Origin: Octopus vulgaris | Lineage: Eukaryota | NCBI GenBank assembly: GCA_951406725.2 | Contig: OX597826.1 | Location: forward strand, 17,422,001-17,486,000 | DNA: 64,000 nt | Direction of reading: 5' to 3' | In this document: positions 52,190 to 64,000 of the stretch, one piece after another | How the letters are laid out: every line of letters begins with the position of its first letter | Position numbering within the stretch: position 1 is the stretch's first letter | Translations under genes and position numbers: made by a program | The notes under the pieces: model-generated | Database searches by the model: none | The model's input: the letters and a program-made list of their open reading frames with translations, nothing else | What the model was told of the DNA's origin: nothing

Positions 52190-53810
52190 CTCGTAGGGAT
52201 ATATCTTTTATATAACTTGTATGACGAACTTCCTAAAATTAGGGACGGGTTATGTAGGAACAATGCGCTTTTTGTCATCTAAAATACATCTAACAGAAAA
52301 TTGAAATTATATAAGAAAATATTCTATAAGTTTTTTAAAAGATATGGACTCTCTATTTCTGTTGAAAAAGATAATTACTCAGTAAACTTTTTGGATGTTA
52401 ATTTTGACCTTGTAACTGGTAAGCTTGAACCTGTCCACAAATCTAATATGAACTTAAGCTACATTAATTTCCTAAGTTATCACCCAAGTTCAATTAAAAA
52501 CATTCTAATTTCTAATGTAGGGAAAAGAATATCCTATTTATCATCTAATGAAGGGATTTTTATGAAACATGCAGATTATTATAATATAGCTCTAGCTAAA
52601 GCAGGATATAGAGATAAGATAAAATACCATCGACCCGATGATAAAAATATACATGATAGAATTTATTATACGACAAGGCTGGAAACTGGAAATAACAGTA
52701 ATTCGATTAAAACTAAATGTATAAGTAGAATTAAAGAGAGAATTAATAAAACAACTAATAATAAAGTAATAAGAAATAATTATAATAAGCTTGAAAGAAA
52801 TAAACATCAACTTAGAGATATAAATCATAATATACAAAAACAAATATTAAATTACCTTATAAACCTATGATAAATAACACGTAATTTAAAAATAATTATA
52901 AATATTCTTATAGTGACAAATACGTAAATAATAAATCAGAAAAAAATAAATCTGTAATTAACTTGAATACTTATCTCTTGGTAATTCTTATGATATTAGT
53001 AATAGCAAAAATATACTATATACCCCTTTCATAAACTTTGCTAAATCGAAAATGGATTATAAATACAATAAAAGCAATGCTGAAGAATCTAATATTTGGT
53101 TTATTATTCCGTATGCAATGTAAATTAAAAGTAATTTAATTAAATTTATATACAGGTCTATTTATAAACATTTAAATAAAGATAATAAATATAATGAAAT
53201 TATTAATTATATATATTTTAGAGTTGGTTATAGTTTAACTCGTAATCTGTTCAGAATTATATCATCTTTTAATAACAAAAATTGAATAATTTCTACAGTT
53301 ATAGAAATATTATACGTAATAATTCTTCACAACCCAATATGATTTCTCAAACTTTAATAATAACGTTAACAGTCATACATACATTACTGATAGAAGGAAA
53401 ATAACCCATATAACCCACCCCCCTTCTTAGCAATACTTCAAACAAATCTAAACTTAGGGATGTAAACAAAACCTGTGACTATAAAGTTAAAATTAATTGT
53501 AAATTTTTAAATTTATATAAGAAAGATAACTTAGTTTATCAATGTATTATAGAATCACAGGGAAAGAAATTGTAGAACTCTAATGGACTATGTAAGTTTA
53601 TATGGGGATTAAAGGATTAAACATTGAATTTAATCTATAATGGAAAATTGTTAGTTTTACTAAATCATACAGAATCCAAAATAAACGCTGTGAGTTGTGC
53701 ACTAAGGAGGCCTGCCCAATTCTTACATCTAAGAACCATCTCCTCAACTCAAGAAATGAAAAATTTAATCTTGTATTCATTGCGCAAAATATGTTTTTAC
53801 TAAATTTAAT
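52190..53810 (+). mobile_element. Penelope-like element ORF remnant (RT C-terminus + GIY-YIG)
   Basis: GLCRNNAL (decayed GLYRDDGL), VNFLDVNFDL..YIN..SYHPSSI..RISYLSS..YYNIAL..AGY, then NLVYQC..WKIV..CELCTKE..LLNSRNE. Confidence 0.88.
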
Positions 53811-54716
53811 TAAACTATAAACTTATAGAGTAATATAAAATTATGTAATATAAGATTCATATATCTTCTATAATTACAATATACTATAAATTTAATATCG
53901 TTTATTAGATAACATAATAATGAAATAAATTATATTTAATACGCATTTTACCTATTATTAAATTAATATGCACCTTTTTATTGGAAGAATTTTCTGAATC
54001 CATTGAGGTCATAAGTTTTGGTGATGTAATAAGCTTAATCTATATTCATACCTAACCGAATAATATTGAATATATCTCTCACAATGCATAATAAATTCTA
54101 ATTTATTATCTGACATTAATAAAAATTCTAAACACTAATTATTAATACATATTAATTAATTAATAGCGATATAACTTAATTCTTATGTATTAAAATTATT
54201 TCATAACTATTTCTAAAAGCACCAATTGTGATGACGTAATACGCTAGATTCTCTATCTATAGCTAATATAAACGACAATTCGACGTGTAGCGTCATCATA
54301 ATTGACGTTTTCTTGGATATAAGAAACATGAATTTGATAGTAAGATTATACAGTAGCTTTTAATATAAATTAATATAGATTATAGATAATACTAATTAAA
54401 TATAGATTATATCAATACTATTCATAATTTAATTTCAGAAATAGATTAATAAATAATCGGATATTTCTATTTGTAACTTCACAGTCAATATTATAAATAT
54501 TAATGAATATATACATACATGTACACACATACACAGATGGCATTACGTAAATAAAGTAGACCACAACACCAATTAAATTATGAATTAATTAAAACTAGAT
54601 ACTATAGAGTTTAATGTTATAATGAACGCACACACATACACACATACACATACACACACACGAATATTTATGTATATACTTTTATATATGTATGTCTGTG
54701 TGTACACGTGTATCTA

Positions 54717-54717
54717 C

Positions 54718-54798
<81 letters not shown>

Positions 54799-54799
54799 T

Positions 54800-54837
<38 letters not shown>

Positions 54838-54838
54838 G

Positions 54839-54934
<96 letters not shown>
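54717..54934. repeat. (GATA)n microsatellite
   Basis: Direct reading. Confidence 0.97.
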
Positions 54935-55324
54935 CTGGCGCGGAACAATTCATAACGCCTTGGATTCCAACGAAGCAAGTTCGTTTCCCATACGGTGATA
55001 CTTGCTGAGGAGAACAAAGACTGTTGCTAGAATTCGAAATCATGATCCAGGTATATCCGATTCTGTATTCCACAGCTTTGAGCTGCGATGATTTTGTTAA
55101 TCTCTATTTGCTTGCCCGATTTCTGTTGTGTATTTCAGTGTAATTCGGTGGTTTAGTTGAGGATTTAGCTCCTCTTTCTAGCAAGTAGGTGCCTCATGTG
55201 CCCTCTATTATAAATATAAATTTTATTCTCTATTTTATATTTAACGCTATTATTGCTTGCTACCAGTTTATTTCAATTGTTATTATTATCAATTATTTAT
55301 ATTCATTTGAATATTTACTCCTTA

Positions 55325-55908
<584 letters not shown>

Positions 55909-55914
55909 ATATAT

Positions 55915-57191
55915 ATCAGGCTGAGTAAAAAGTATGCAACGTTTTGATACATGAAAGTCATCTCAATATATTTCAGCAATGCGAAAATTTTACTCATTAA
56001 AGTAAGTACCAATACAATCAACACATTCTTGCCAACGAGTTACAAGTTTATTCATTCCGGTAACATAAAAATCTGGAGTTCTGGAGCTGATGAACTCTTT
56101 CAACGCACTTTCAGCTTCGATTTGATTTTTGAACTACTTCCCTCGAAAGAAACCGAGAAGGTGCTTCAGAAAGTGGTAGTCGGTCGGAGAAAGGTCTGGG
56201 GAATAAGCTGGGTGAAAATGAACTTCGTAGCCAAGTTCCCTCAACTTCTGGAGCGTCATTAGAGAAAAGTGTGGTCGAGCATTGTCATGAAGAATGATTG
56301 GCCCTCTTCTGTTGACCAGTCTGGGACGGTGGAGTAGCAGATTTTCGTTCATTTTGGCAATTTTGTGCCAATATGTTTCTGCAGTAATGGATTTTTCGGG
56401 TGTTAAGAAGTTATAGTGGATGAGTCCAGCAGTACACTACCAAACAGTCACCATAGCCTTCTTTTTGAAAAGATTGGGTTTAGGAAAGGTTTTCAGTTTT
56501 TCATTTGGTCCAACCACTGTGAAGAACGTTTTTTATTATTGTTCAGAATCCACTTTTCATCGCAAGTTATAATACGGTCAAGAAATGGATCGGTCTGATT
56601 ACGGAGAAGAAGCGACGAGCAAATTTCATATCTGTGCATTTTCTAATTTTCATTCAAATCGTGTGATACCCATTTATCGAGCTTTTTTGATTTTCCGATT
56701 GTATGCAGATGGTTGCAGGCAGTTTCCTGTCTAACTTGAAGTTCTTTTGCTAGTTCTCGAGTGGTTTTACGTGGATCTTTCTCAATGACGGTCATTAATT
56801 GACTGTCATCGATAACAGATGGGCGTTCATTACGCTCACGATCTTTAAAGCTCAGGTCTCGACTGCAAAATCGTTTTAACCATTTTCGAGTTGACCTCTC
56901 ACTAGTCATTTCCACACCAAATGTTTCGTTGATATCGCGAACAGCTTCGGCTGCTTTACGTCCCTTTTGAAGTTGAATAGCAAAATTGCTCGAATATCGC
57001 GCTTTGCCAGTTCCCTTTCAGATGATTGTAACAGCAGTGAAAAAAAAAATCAATGTTTATTTATTGATGCATTTGAACAATTCTATGTCTGTAGAATTGC
57101 AAAAAGATGCTTTAAATAATAAAAACACTGCAAAACTGCGGTACAAATTTTTCATGGTTCAAAACACTGCTTACTTTTTACTCAATCTGAT
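55915..57191 (-). mobile_element. Near full-length mariner (DD34D), pseudogenised
   Basis: TIRs ATCAGGCTGAGTAAAAAGTA / TACTTTTTACTCAATCTGAT; KWVSHDL, ITCDEKW, HDNARPH, YSPDLSPTDY. Confidence 0.93.
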
Positions 57192-57201
57192 GTGTGTGTG
57201 C

Positions 57202-57255
<54 letters not shown>

Positions 57256-57610
57256 TCTATTTACATTCTATTTTTATTTTTGTTTCATTTTTATTCCTTT
57301 TTTATTTCTTATTTTATTCTATTTCTTATTATATTCAAATTTATCCGTTAGCTCTCACACACACTAAAACAATAATAACAATTCCATGCATTTAGTCTGC
57401 CGGAAAGAACTGATTGGTCGACATGTAATTTTTTCATGTCTAATATTTCCTTGGTGATATTTTGCTCATAACTTATAAATGCACATTTATTGAATAAATT
57501 TGTAATTTATTGAATGAGTATAAATTAAAGGAATTATCAATTTATTAATAAATAATTATTAACCATTAACTCGTTATTTTTTCTCTTAATTGAATATGGA
57601 TTATATAGAT

Positions 57611-57710
<100 letters not shown>

Positions 57711-57800
57711 TGCGTGTGTAGCACAAATAATATTTTCAGGATTAAATAAAAAGACAACAAACGGAAAACATGACATACCTATATATATATATATATATAT

Positions 57801-58238
57801 ATAATTTTTTAAAACGTATAGTAATTACACAGACACACGGAAAACACAGAAAGTCACCAACTCTTCTTCAGTTATCGGCCAGAGAGTCGAGTGCAATTTC
57901 GGCCATTATCGATAATATTGTTTCCACTCTGGCGGCATCGGCAAGAAACTAATTATTGTTTTCGTGTGGCCCTAACCCTTTATTGTGTTTATTGTCTTTT
58001 CCTCGTTCGTCTACTAACGGTCTCGTCTTCAGCCCGTCTCGTTTTGTTATGTTTTGATCCCATTCCCGACGTTTCTTGCCAGTGTTTCCAGAGCGGAAGC
58101 AATATTATCGATAATGGCCGAAATTGCGTTCGACCCTCTGCCCAATAACTGAAGAGGAGTTGGTGATTTTCTGTTTTCCGTTCGTGTGTGTATTTAGTAT
58201 ATGTTCGTATGGCTATTTACTACACGTTTTATAATTAT
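57801..58238. repeat. Diverged inverted repeat (57801-57949 / 58071-58238)
   Basis: e.g. CAATTTCGGCCATTATCGATAATATTG vs CAATATTATCGATAATGGCCGAAATTG. Confidence 0.85.
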
Positions 58239-58434
58239 ATGTATGTATATGAGTATGTATGTGTGTACACACAGGTATGTCATATTTTCCCTTTGTTGTC
58301 TTTTATCTTTTATTAAACTTTTAATACTTTTGATATATATTTAAAATAATATAAATTAATTAATTTTATGTATTGGCTTAAATTTTTCATTGTTTGATTT
58401 GCCTAATAGTGGTTTTATCTCTAATTTAATATAA

Positions 58435-58505
<71 letters not shown>

Positions 58506-58532
58506 TTATATACATATTTATATATATATACA

Positions 58533-58567
<35 letters not shown>

Positions 58568-58829
58568 CAAATATAAAGGACAAAATAGAGTGAATAAGCT
58601 ACAGAAGCTTTATATACAGAAGTGTTATATAGTTATCGAATATATTTGAATCGTTATGTTAGAAAAATGTTATAAGATTTTGTGTATAGTAACATTGTTT
58701 TGGTAGAAATAACCGGTATTGTATTTTCTTTTCAAATTTCTTTACCTATATTGTGTCATCTCTTCGCTATGTTGTGAAATAAGGAGTTCCAGACAGGGGA
58801 AGCCAATCAAAGATTTTTTTGATAGCTAA

Positions 58830-61800
58830 GACCCTATCAAATGCCTTACACTGGTCTAAATGCACCTGTACCCCCACCCTGCTCCAGAAAGTTTCCTAAC
58901 CGTCTCTAAGGAGTAGCGTATAAGGTGGAGATTATCGTGGATTTACCTGTCCGGGATAGTGCAAGTTTGCGCTTCCCCGACAACTCAGACCACGACCCGC
59001 GCCAACATTTTTGCCGGCACCTTGACCAAAATCTTTAACTCTGTTTTTTGCAGAGTTATGGGCCTAAAGTTCCCTATCTCATTCCCTTTGCTCGGGTCCT
59101 TTCTGATCAACGTCACCACCCCCGGCTCGCAGACTTGGGAATTCTTCCATTCTGTTGCCAGTTGGCGTAAACGCTGGCCAGTAGGTGCCCGGATAAGTCT
59201 GGCATACTTTTATAGAATTCATAGGGCAGACCATCGAGACCCGGCAACTTCTCCCTGGGGCAGTCGCCCAGCACCTCGATTACCTCCTCGGCTGTGATTG
59301 GTCCTTCACAGCACTCGGCCTCTCGTGCCGAGAGACGCGGGCCACCAGACAGGAAGTCCCTAAGGGACTCACCATGAGACAGCGTCCCGCCCCTCCCGAA
59401 CAACTCGGCAAAGTGCCTGTAAAGCGTCTCACACATCTCGTCCCGTCTTTCGACTGAACGTCCGTTTTCATCGACAAATGACCTAATCGTGGCAACGTTT
59501 CAACGCTGGGTTTCTACCGTGTGGGGCCATCCGGTAACATTAATTCCTTCACGACCCAATGCTCGCACTTTAGCCCGAACTCTACACCCCTCATGTTTGG
59601 CTTTGAGGGGACGGTCCAATGCCGTTCTCGCTACCAAAATGTGAAATGCAGAGCCCAACCTCAACGCCTTTTCTATGTCCTTGACTAGTTGCCCTTCTAT
59701 TCTGGCCTTATCTAGTCTTAGCTGTTGACTAAACCTAATGGACTCAAATCGCTCTCTTGAGGGCGAACCACCGGCGGTTATTAACCACAGCGCCAGTTAA
59801 CGCCCTCTGTACTAACTCCTTAATCCGGCTACGGTATGCTTCGCAAATCAAAATAGCTTCTTAAGCTTCCAATAGCCGGGTCCTCTCTTAACTGTACCAT
59901 CCATGTGCAGTCTACACTTAACCATTCTATGGTCAGTGTAGGCTACTTGGACAATCCGTGGACAGCTAAAACTAGTCTTATCTCTAGTTCTTATCACTAT
60001 CCTATCTAAGTAAGACTTGAGCTTTCCGTCGCCACTAATCTAGGTCCACTCTAGGACGTCTGGATAGTCAAGCCTGTAACGATCTGCCAGCTGAAAGCGC
60101 TTAAGCAGATCCACGAGACGTGAGTTCACTTTCCTACTGGTCGAGCCAATGCTATCTATGCGTGCGTCAACAATAGCTTTAAAGTCACGTAACACCACTA
60201 ATGTCTTCGGCGTCACGAGAAAGTTCTCCAGGCGCCGATAAAAATCAGTTTGGCATCCTCTAGCACAAGGTGCATAGAGTCCGATCAACCTGAAGGCTTT
60301 TCTGCTGTATGTCACATTAAGGACGACCAGCCCACCTTCTAGGTCCACATAAACTGTGCTTGTCTGCAGAGCAGAGCCTTTACGGATCAGTACCACTACA
60401 TCCACTCGTCCTCCGGTCTGGCCAGGAAACATGATTTTCTCATAGCTATTCAGGAGGGGCGAGAAAGTATGTAGACTGTCCAGCTTGGTCTCTGTAGCAA
60501 CCATCACATATATATCTTGTGATCTGAGGTCGTCGGGGAAACAAGTTTACTTCCACTTCGAACTCAGACCAGGCACATTCAGACAACCAAGGTTAAGTGC
60601 AGTCACAACTTGAAAAGTAGAGGTTCTACATACCCTTCATGGGCGACGATGGGGCTGACCTCACCACACGTGAGGCAGCCTTTTCCTTCTCCTCCTTCTC
60701 CAAATACTTCGGAAGGTTCCCAATTCTTCCGATGGCCGTCGGGTATCTTTCCTTCAAATGCTTGAATAGGGTTTCCCCTATCCAGACACACCTCCTTGGC
60801 GGTGTGGTGGTTCACAATTATTTCGTCCGTGTATTTGTCTCTGGTGTCAAATTCTACCAACACCTTAATGTCACAATCATCTTTTTCTTCTTTTTTTCCG
60901 GGGACAAGGGAGCGGTTTTATTTTTTTTGTAATTGGCTGTGTTCTCGTTTGTTTTTGTGGGGGAAATGGATGGTGACGGTGTATGAGTTCGTTTACGAAC
61001 TACTGCGTACTCCCCCTCGACCACCTCCATGGTGTCGTCCGAGAGAGCTGTACATTTTCCATCAGGTGCCAACAAGGGGTGGGTATTTTTACTTGTATCG
61101 AGGTTTGTGTGTGCAGGGATTGGGATTTTGTGGTGTTATGTTTAGGGGCCGGTACCGTAGTTGGGGGAGTGGGAAGTTTTACTTGTGTGGGGTCTGGTAT
61201 ATGCGTAGGTTTGGAGACTATTTTGGGATTTTCTGAAGGGCCTGGTGTCTACGCCATTTTTCCATCTTTTCCTTTTCTTTTTGTTTCCTTGTTTCGCAGT
61301 CCACGCGAATGTGACCCTTTTTCCCACATTCATAGCAGGTGGGTTTTCTTCCTTCCACCTCCATTCTAAGGGCCACATTCTTGCCCACGAGCACCCTTTC
61401 AGGAAGCTCCTGAAGGTTTTCCTGCGTACCCTGTACAATTGCTGTAATGCTCCGCCCGAGCCAATTCTGGGGGGCAGAGCATGTAATTTGCAAGAATTTT
61501 ATACGGTCCGTCCTGTTAAACAACAGGGCGGCCATCACCTCCTTCGTGTCAACTTCCGGTGGTACTTCTGTCACCTTCGCACCGAAATTCCGCCTTCCCA
61601 TGTATGTTGGTAGACGTACCACTTCCTTTGTCTTCAGGGGACACACGGAATGCCCGCGGGCCATCTCTTCACTAGAAAAACGGACCTCAACTGTACTGTA
61701 TGCCCGTCCCCTTGCAATATAGGCTACGTCTTTCCATATCGAGGACAGGCATTTTTCAATTTTCTCTTTCTCGAAGTGATTAAACTTTCTGTTTTGTGGG

Positions 61801-62220
61801 CAGAAGGATTTAAGCACTACGGTCCGTTTTTCTGTGTCGACCACACTGGAGGAGGGTGATATTTTAACGTCACCGTCCTCCTCTTTCATTCTTTTAAATA
61901 AACCTTCCTGCTGATCGACAGGAATGTCGGTATTTTCGACTGCCACCGCGGCTACCACCGAGAACTTTTTCACATTTTCTTGCTTACTCTCTACGAGAAT
62001 ACACCTCTCGTGTATAATTTCAACCAGCATTCTTCGGTTGAAATTAATTTCACAAGTAAATTACACAAATTACACAAATTAAATAGTTTCCCGCAAAAAT
62101 CGGAAATAAAAAAATTTCCTTGGGGCTGGCCAGATTGGAGACATTTCGAGTATAACCAGTCGAAATTGCAAAGATATTCTGGAACTCGACTGAGGATTGA
62201 AAACTCCAAATGCTCAGTCC
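58830..62220 (-). mobile_element. Tx1-clade LINE 5' part: UTR, ORF1 (CCHC gag knuckle), ORF2 APE and start of RT; 3' lost
   Basis: ORF1 VEGRKPTCYECGKKGHIRVDC; ORF2 CLNVPGL, ATETKL, LIGLYAP, LRDFKA, SYLDRI, PGLDGLPYEFY; aligns with 15700-16930. Confidence 0.93.
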
Positions 62221-62314
62221 TTGTTTTCCTTGCATCATCTGTCTGGATATTTTGTTTTCCCTTTTTTGTTTCACCTAACTATCTGGATGTTTTCCGTTGT
62301 TGTCCCATTTTTTG

Positions 62315-62396
<82 letters not shown>

Positions 62397-62397
62397 T

Positions 62398-62434
<37 letters not shown>

Positions 62435-64000
62435 TTATGTATGTATAGTGCGACAGGAAAAGTGGAGAAAACAGATAGAAATGGAAAGAAACAAGGAAGA
62501 TATATCATATTTTGTACGTGCATATATAGTGGATGCAAGCATGTTTATATGGATAATATGTTGGCAAGTGCCTTTTACTATAGCTTAGGTGTCTTGTCAG
62601 TGACATTCGGTATTTTTGATGGTGAGTATTCCAGATAGTGTGACTTTCTTGCTTGATAATGGAAAACTCCATCAAATTGGAAGTCTGTCGTTTAATAAAT
62701 TCCACTGAGATAACAATCATCAAAGTTTTCAAATATTTAGTGATTTTCACCAATCCTATGACTCGATAATGGACGTATACGGTTCGATTTGTTTTGGAGA
62801 CCCCGATAGCAGGTATCTCAATATACTAAACTAAACAGGCAATAGGAAAGTTAATTTTATTCCATAATATATTGCATAACGGACAGTCTCTGTTCTAACA
62901 ATTGTATGTGGTTAATTTTTCAAAGTCTAATCTACTCGATTGCTGTATATTCGAAACAACCAATAGACCCTACAAGTATACCTTAAAAGATCACCTGATG
63001 TCTTGAAGACCCCGATAGAAGGTGTCTCAATATATTAAACCAAGCAGTTAATAGAAAAGTGAGACGCTTTTAATCTTATTCCTTTCATTGCATATTACAC
63101 CGAGAAGCACAGACTTGGCGGCAGAAGAAAACCAAGTTGTTCTTTGTCTTACAGAATTTTTGAATTCCCAAAATATAAATGATAGAAGCTTTAGTAATGG
63201 ATTTCCGAAACTGAGACCACAGAAATGGCCACCGCACTGATACTCTGTACACGTTAAAAATATATATTAGCGACTAGGACAGTATTAATACTGAAAGATA
63301 ATATTTATCCCCACTTAAACGTGGATGTTCTGTTAAAACAAAAGGGAGAAGACAGGTGAAAGTGGGCAGAAACAGGGAAGATGCATCATATTTATGTACG
63401 TGCATATATAGTGGATGCTAGCATGTTTGCATGGATATGTTGGCAAGTGCATTTTACTATAACTTAGGATCAACAGATGCCTTGTCAGCAAAATTTGTTT
63501 TGATGGCGAATACTTCAAATGGTGTTTCCAAGGTGCCATTGGGATTTTACCCTTCTTAACAGTGAATGCCAAAGAAGATTTGGTTCAGTTTATTTCCTTA
63601 AGTTCTAACTGGCTTGTAAAGGTAATAGCTAATAAACCTGACAAACTTAGAGGAGAAGAGAAATGGTACAGAGACAGCGAGAAAGACTGAAGTGTGAGAA
63701 ACACATGCGTAGGTATTGTATGAATACACACACGTATTTACGTATATATTTATATAACTGTGTGTGTAAATATACAGGTACATCATACCTGTATGATGTA
63801 CCTGTATGGTGGTCTGGCGGATGCAATCATTGCAAGTGACGCCGTTTGGACTGGAAGACGATACCTTCTCTCAAACACATTTACAAGCAGTCTCAGGCTA
63901 TCAAGATCTGATGGTTATCGTAAGAAAATTCTGGAAACCAACATTATCTCAGTCAAGAAACTTTTTACTTTCCGTCTGATCTTCTAAATTTATATGTGAT

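Noticed and set aside
54228-54300. GTGATGA..hairpin downstream of the Penelope ORF as a hammerhead
   Set aside because: Both core boxes are mutated; cannot be supported.
58085-58160. CCGAAA...CTGAAGA as a hammerhead
   Set aside because: The boxes and stems do not assemble into a valid type I, II or III topology.

Overview
AT-rich eukaryotic non-coding DNA packed with microsatellites and decayed transposons. The SINE, LINE and Penelope families point to an Octopus genome (inference from recalled repeat families). I could not support any intact host protein-coding exon; nearly all listed ORFs are microsatellite translations or TE remnants. TE content: two Tx1-clade LINE copies, an ORF1-only derivative, RTE and R4/Dong LINE fragments, Penelope-like (RT + GIY-YIG) remnants, mariner/Tc1, hAT and Helitron elements, and three tRNA-derived SINE families (called SINE-A/B/C here). 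Two systems stand out. (1) An apparently site-specific Tx1 system inserting into the head of SINE-A at GTGGTAA^GTAGCTTG. Three junctions share this site: a Tx1 LINE, an ORF1-only element, and a TSD-flanked chimera of a SNORD12-like C/D snoRNA + oligo(A) + SINE-B, whose tail matches the Tx1 3' end. (2) About ten type I hammerhead ribozyme motifs, mostly in Penelope-type terminal repeats. These often form long fold-back palindromes in (TA)n tracts, including a ~640 bp palindrome with two antiparallel hammerheads. Coordinates were read by eye and may be off by a few bases.
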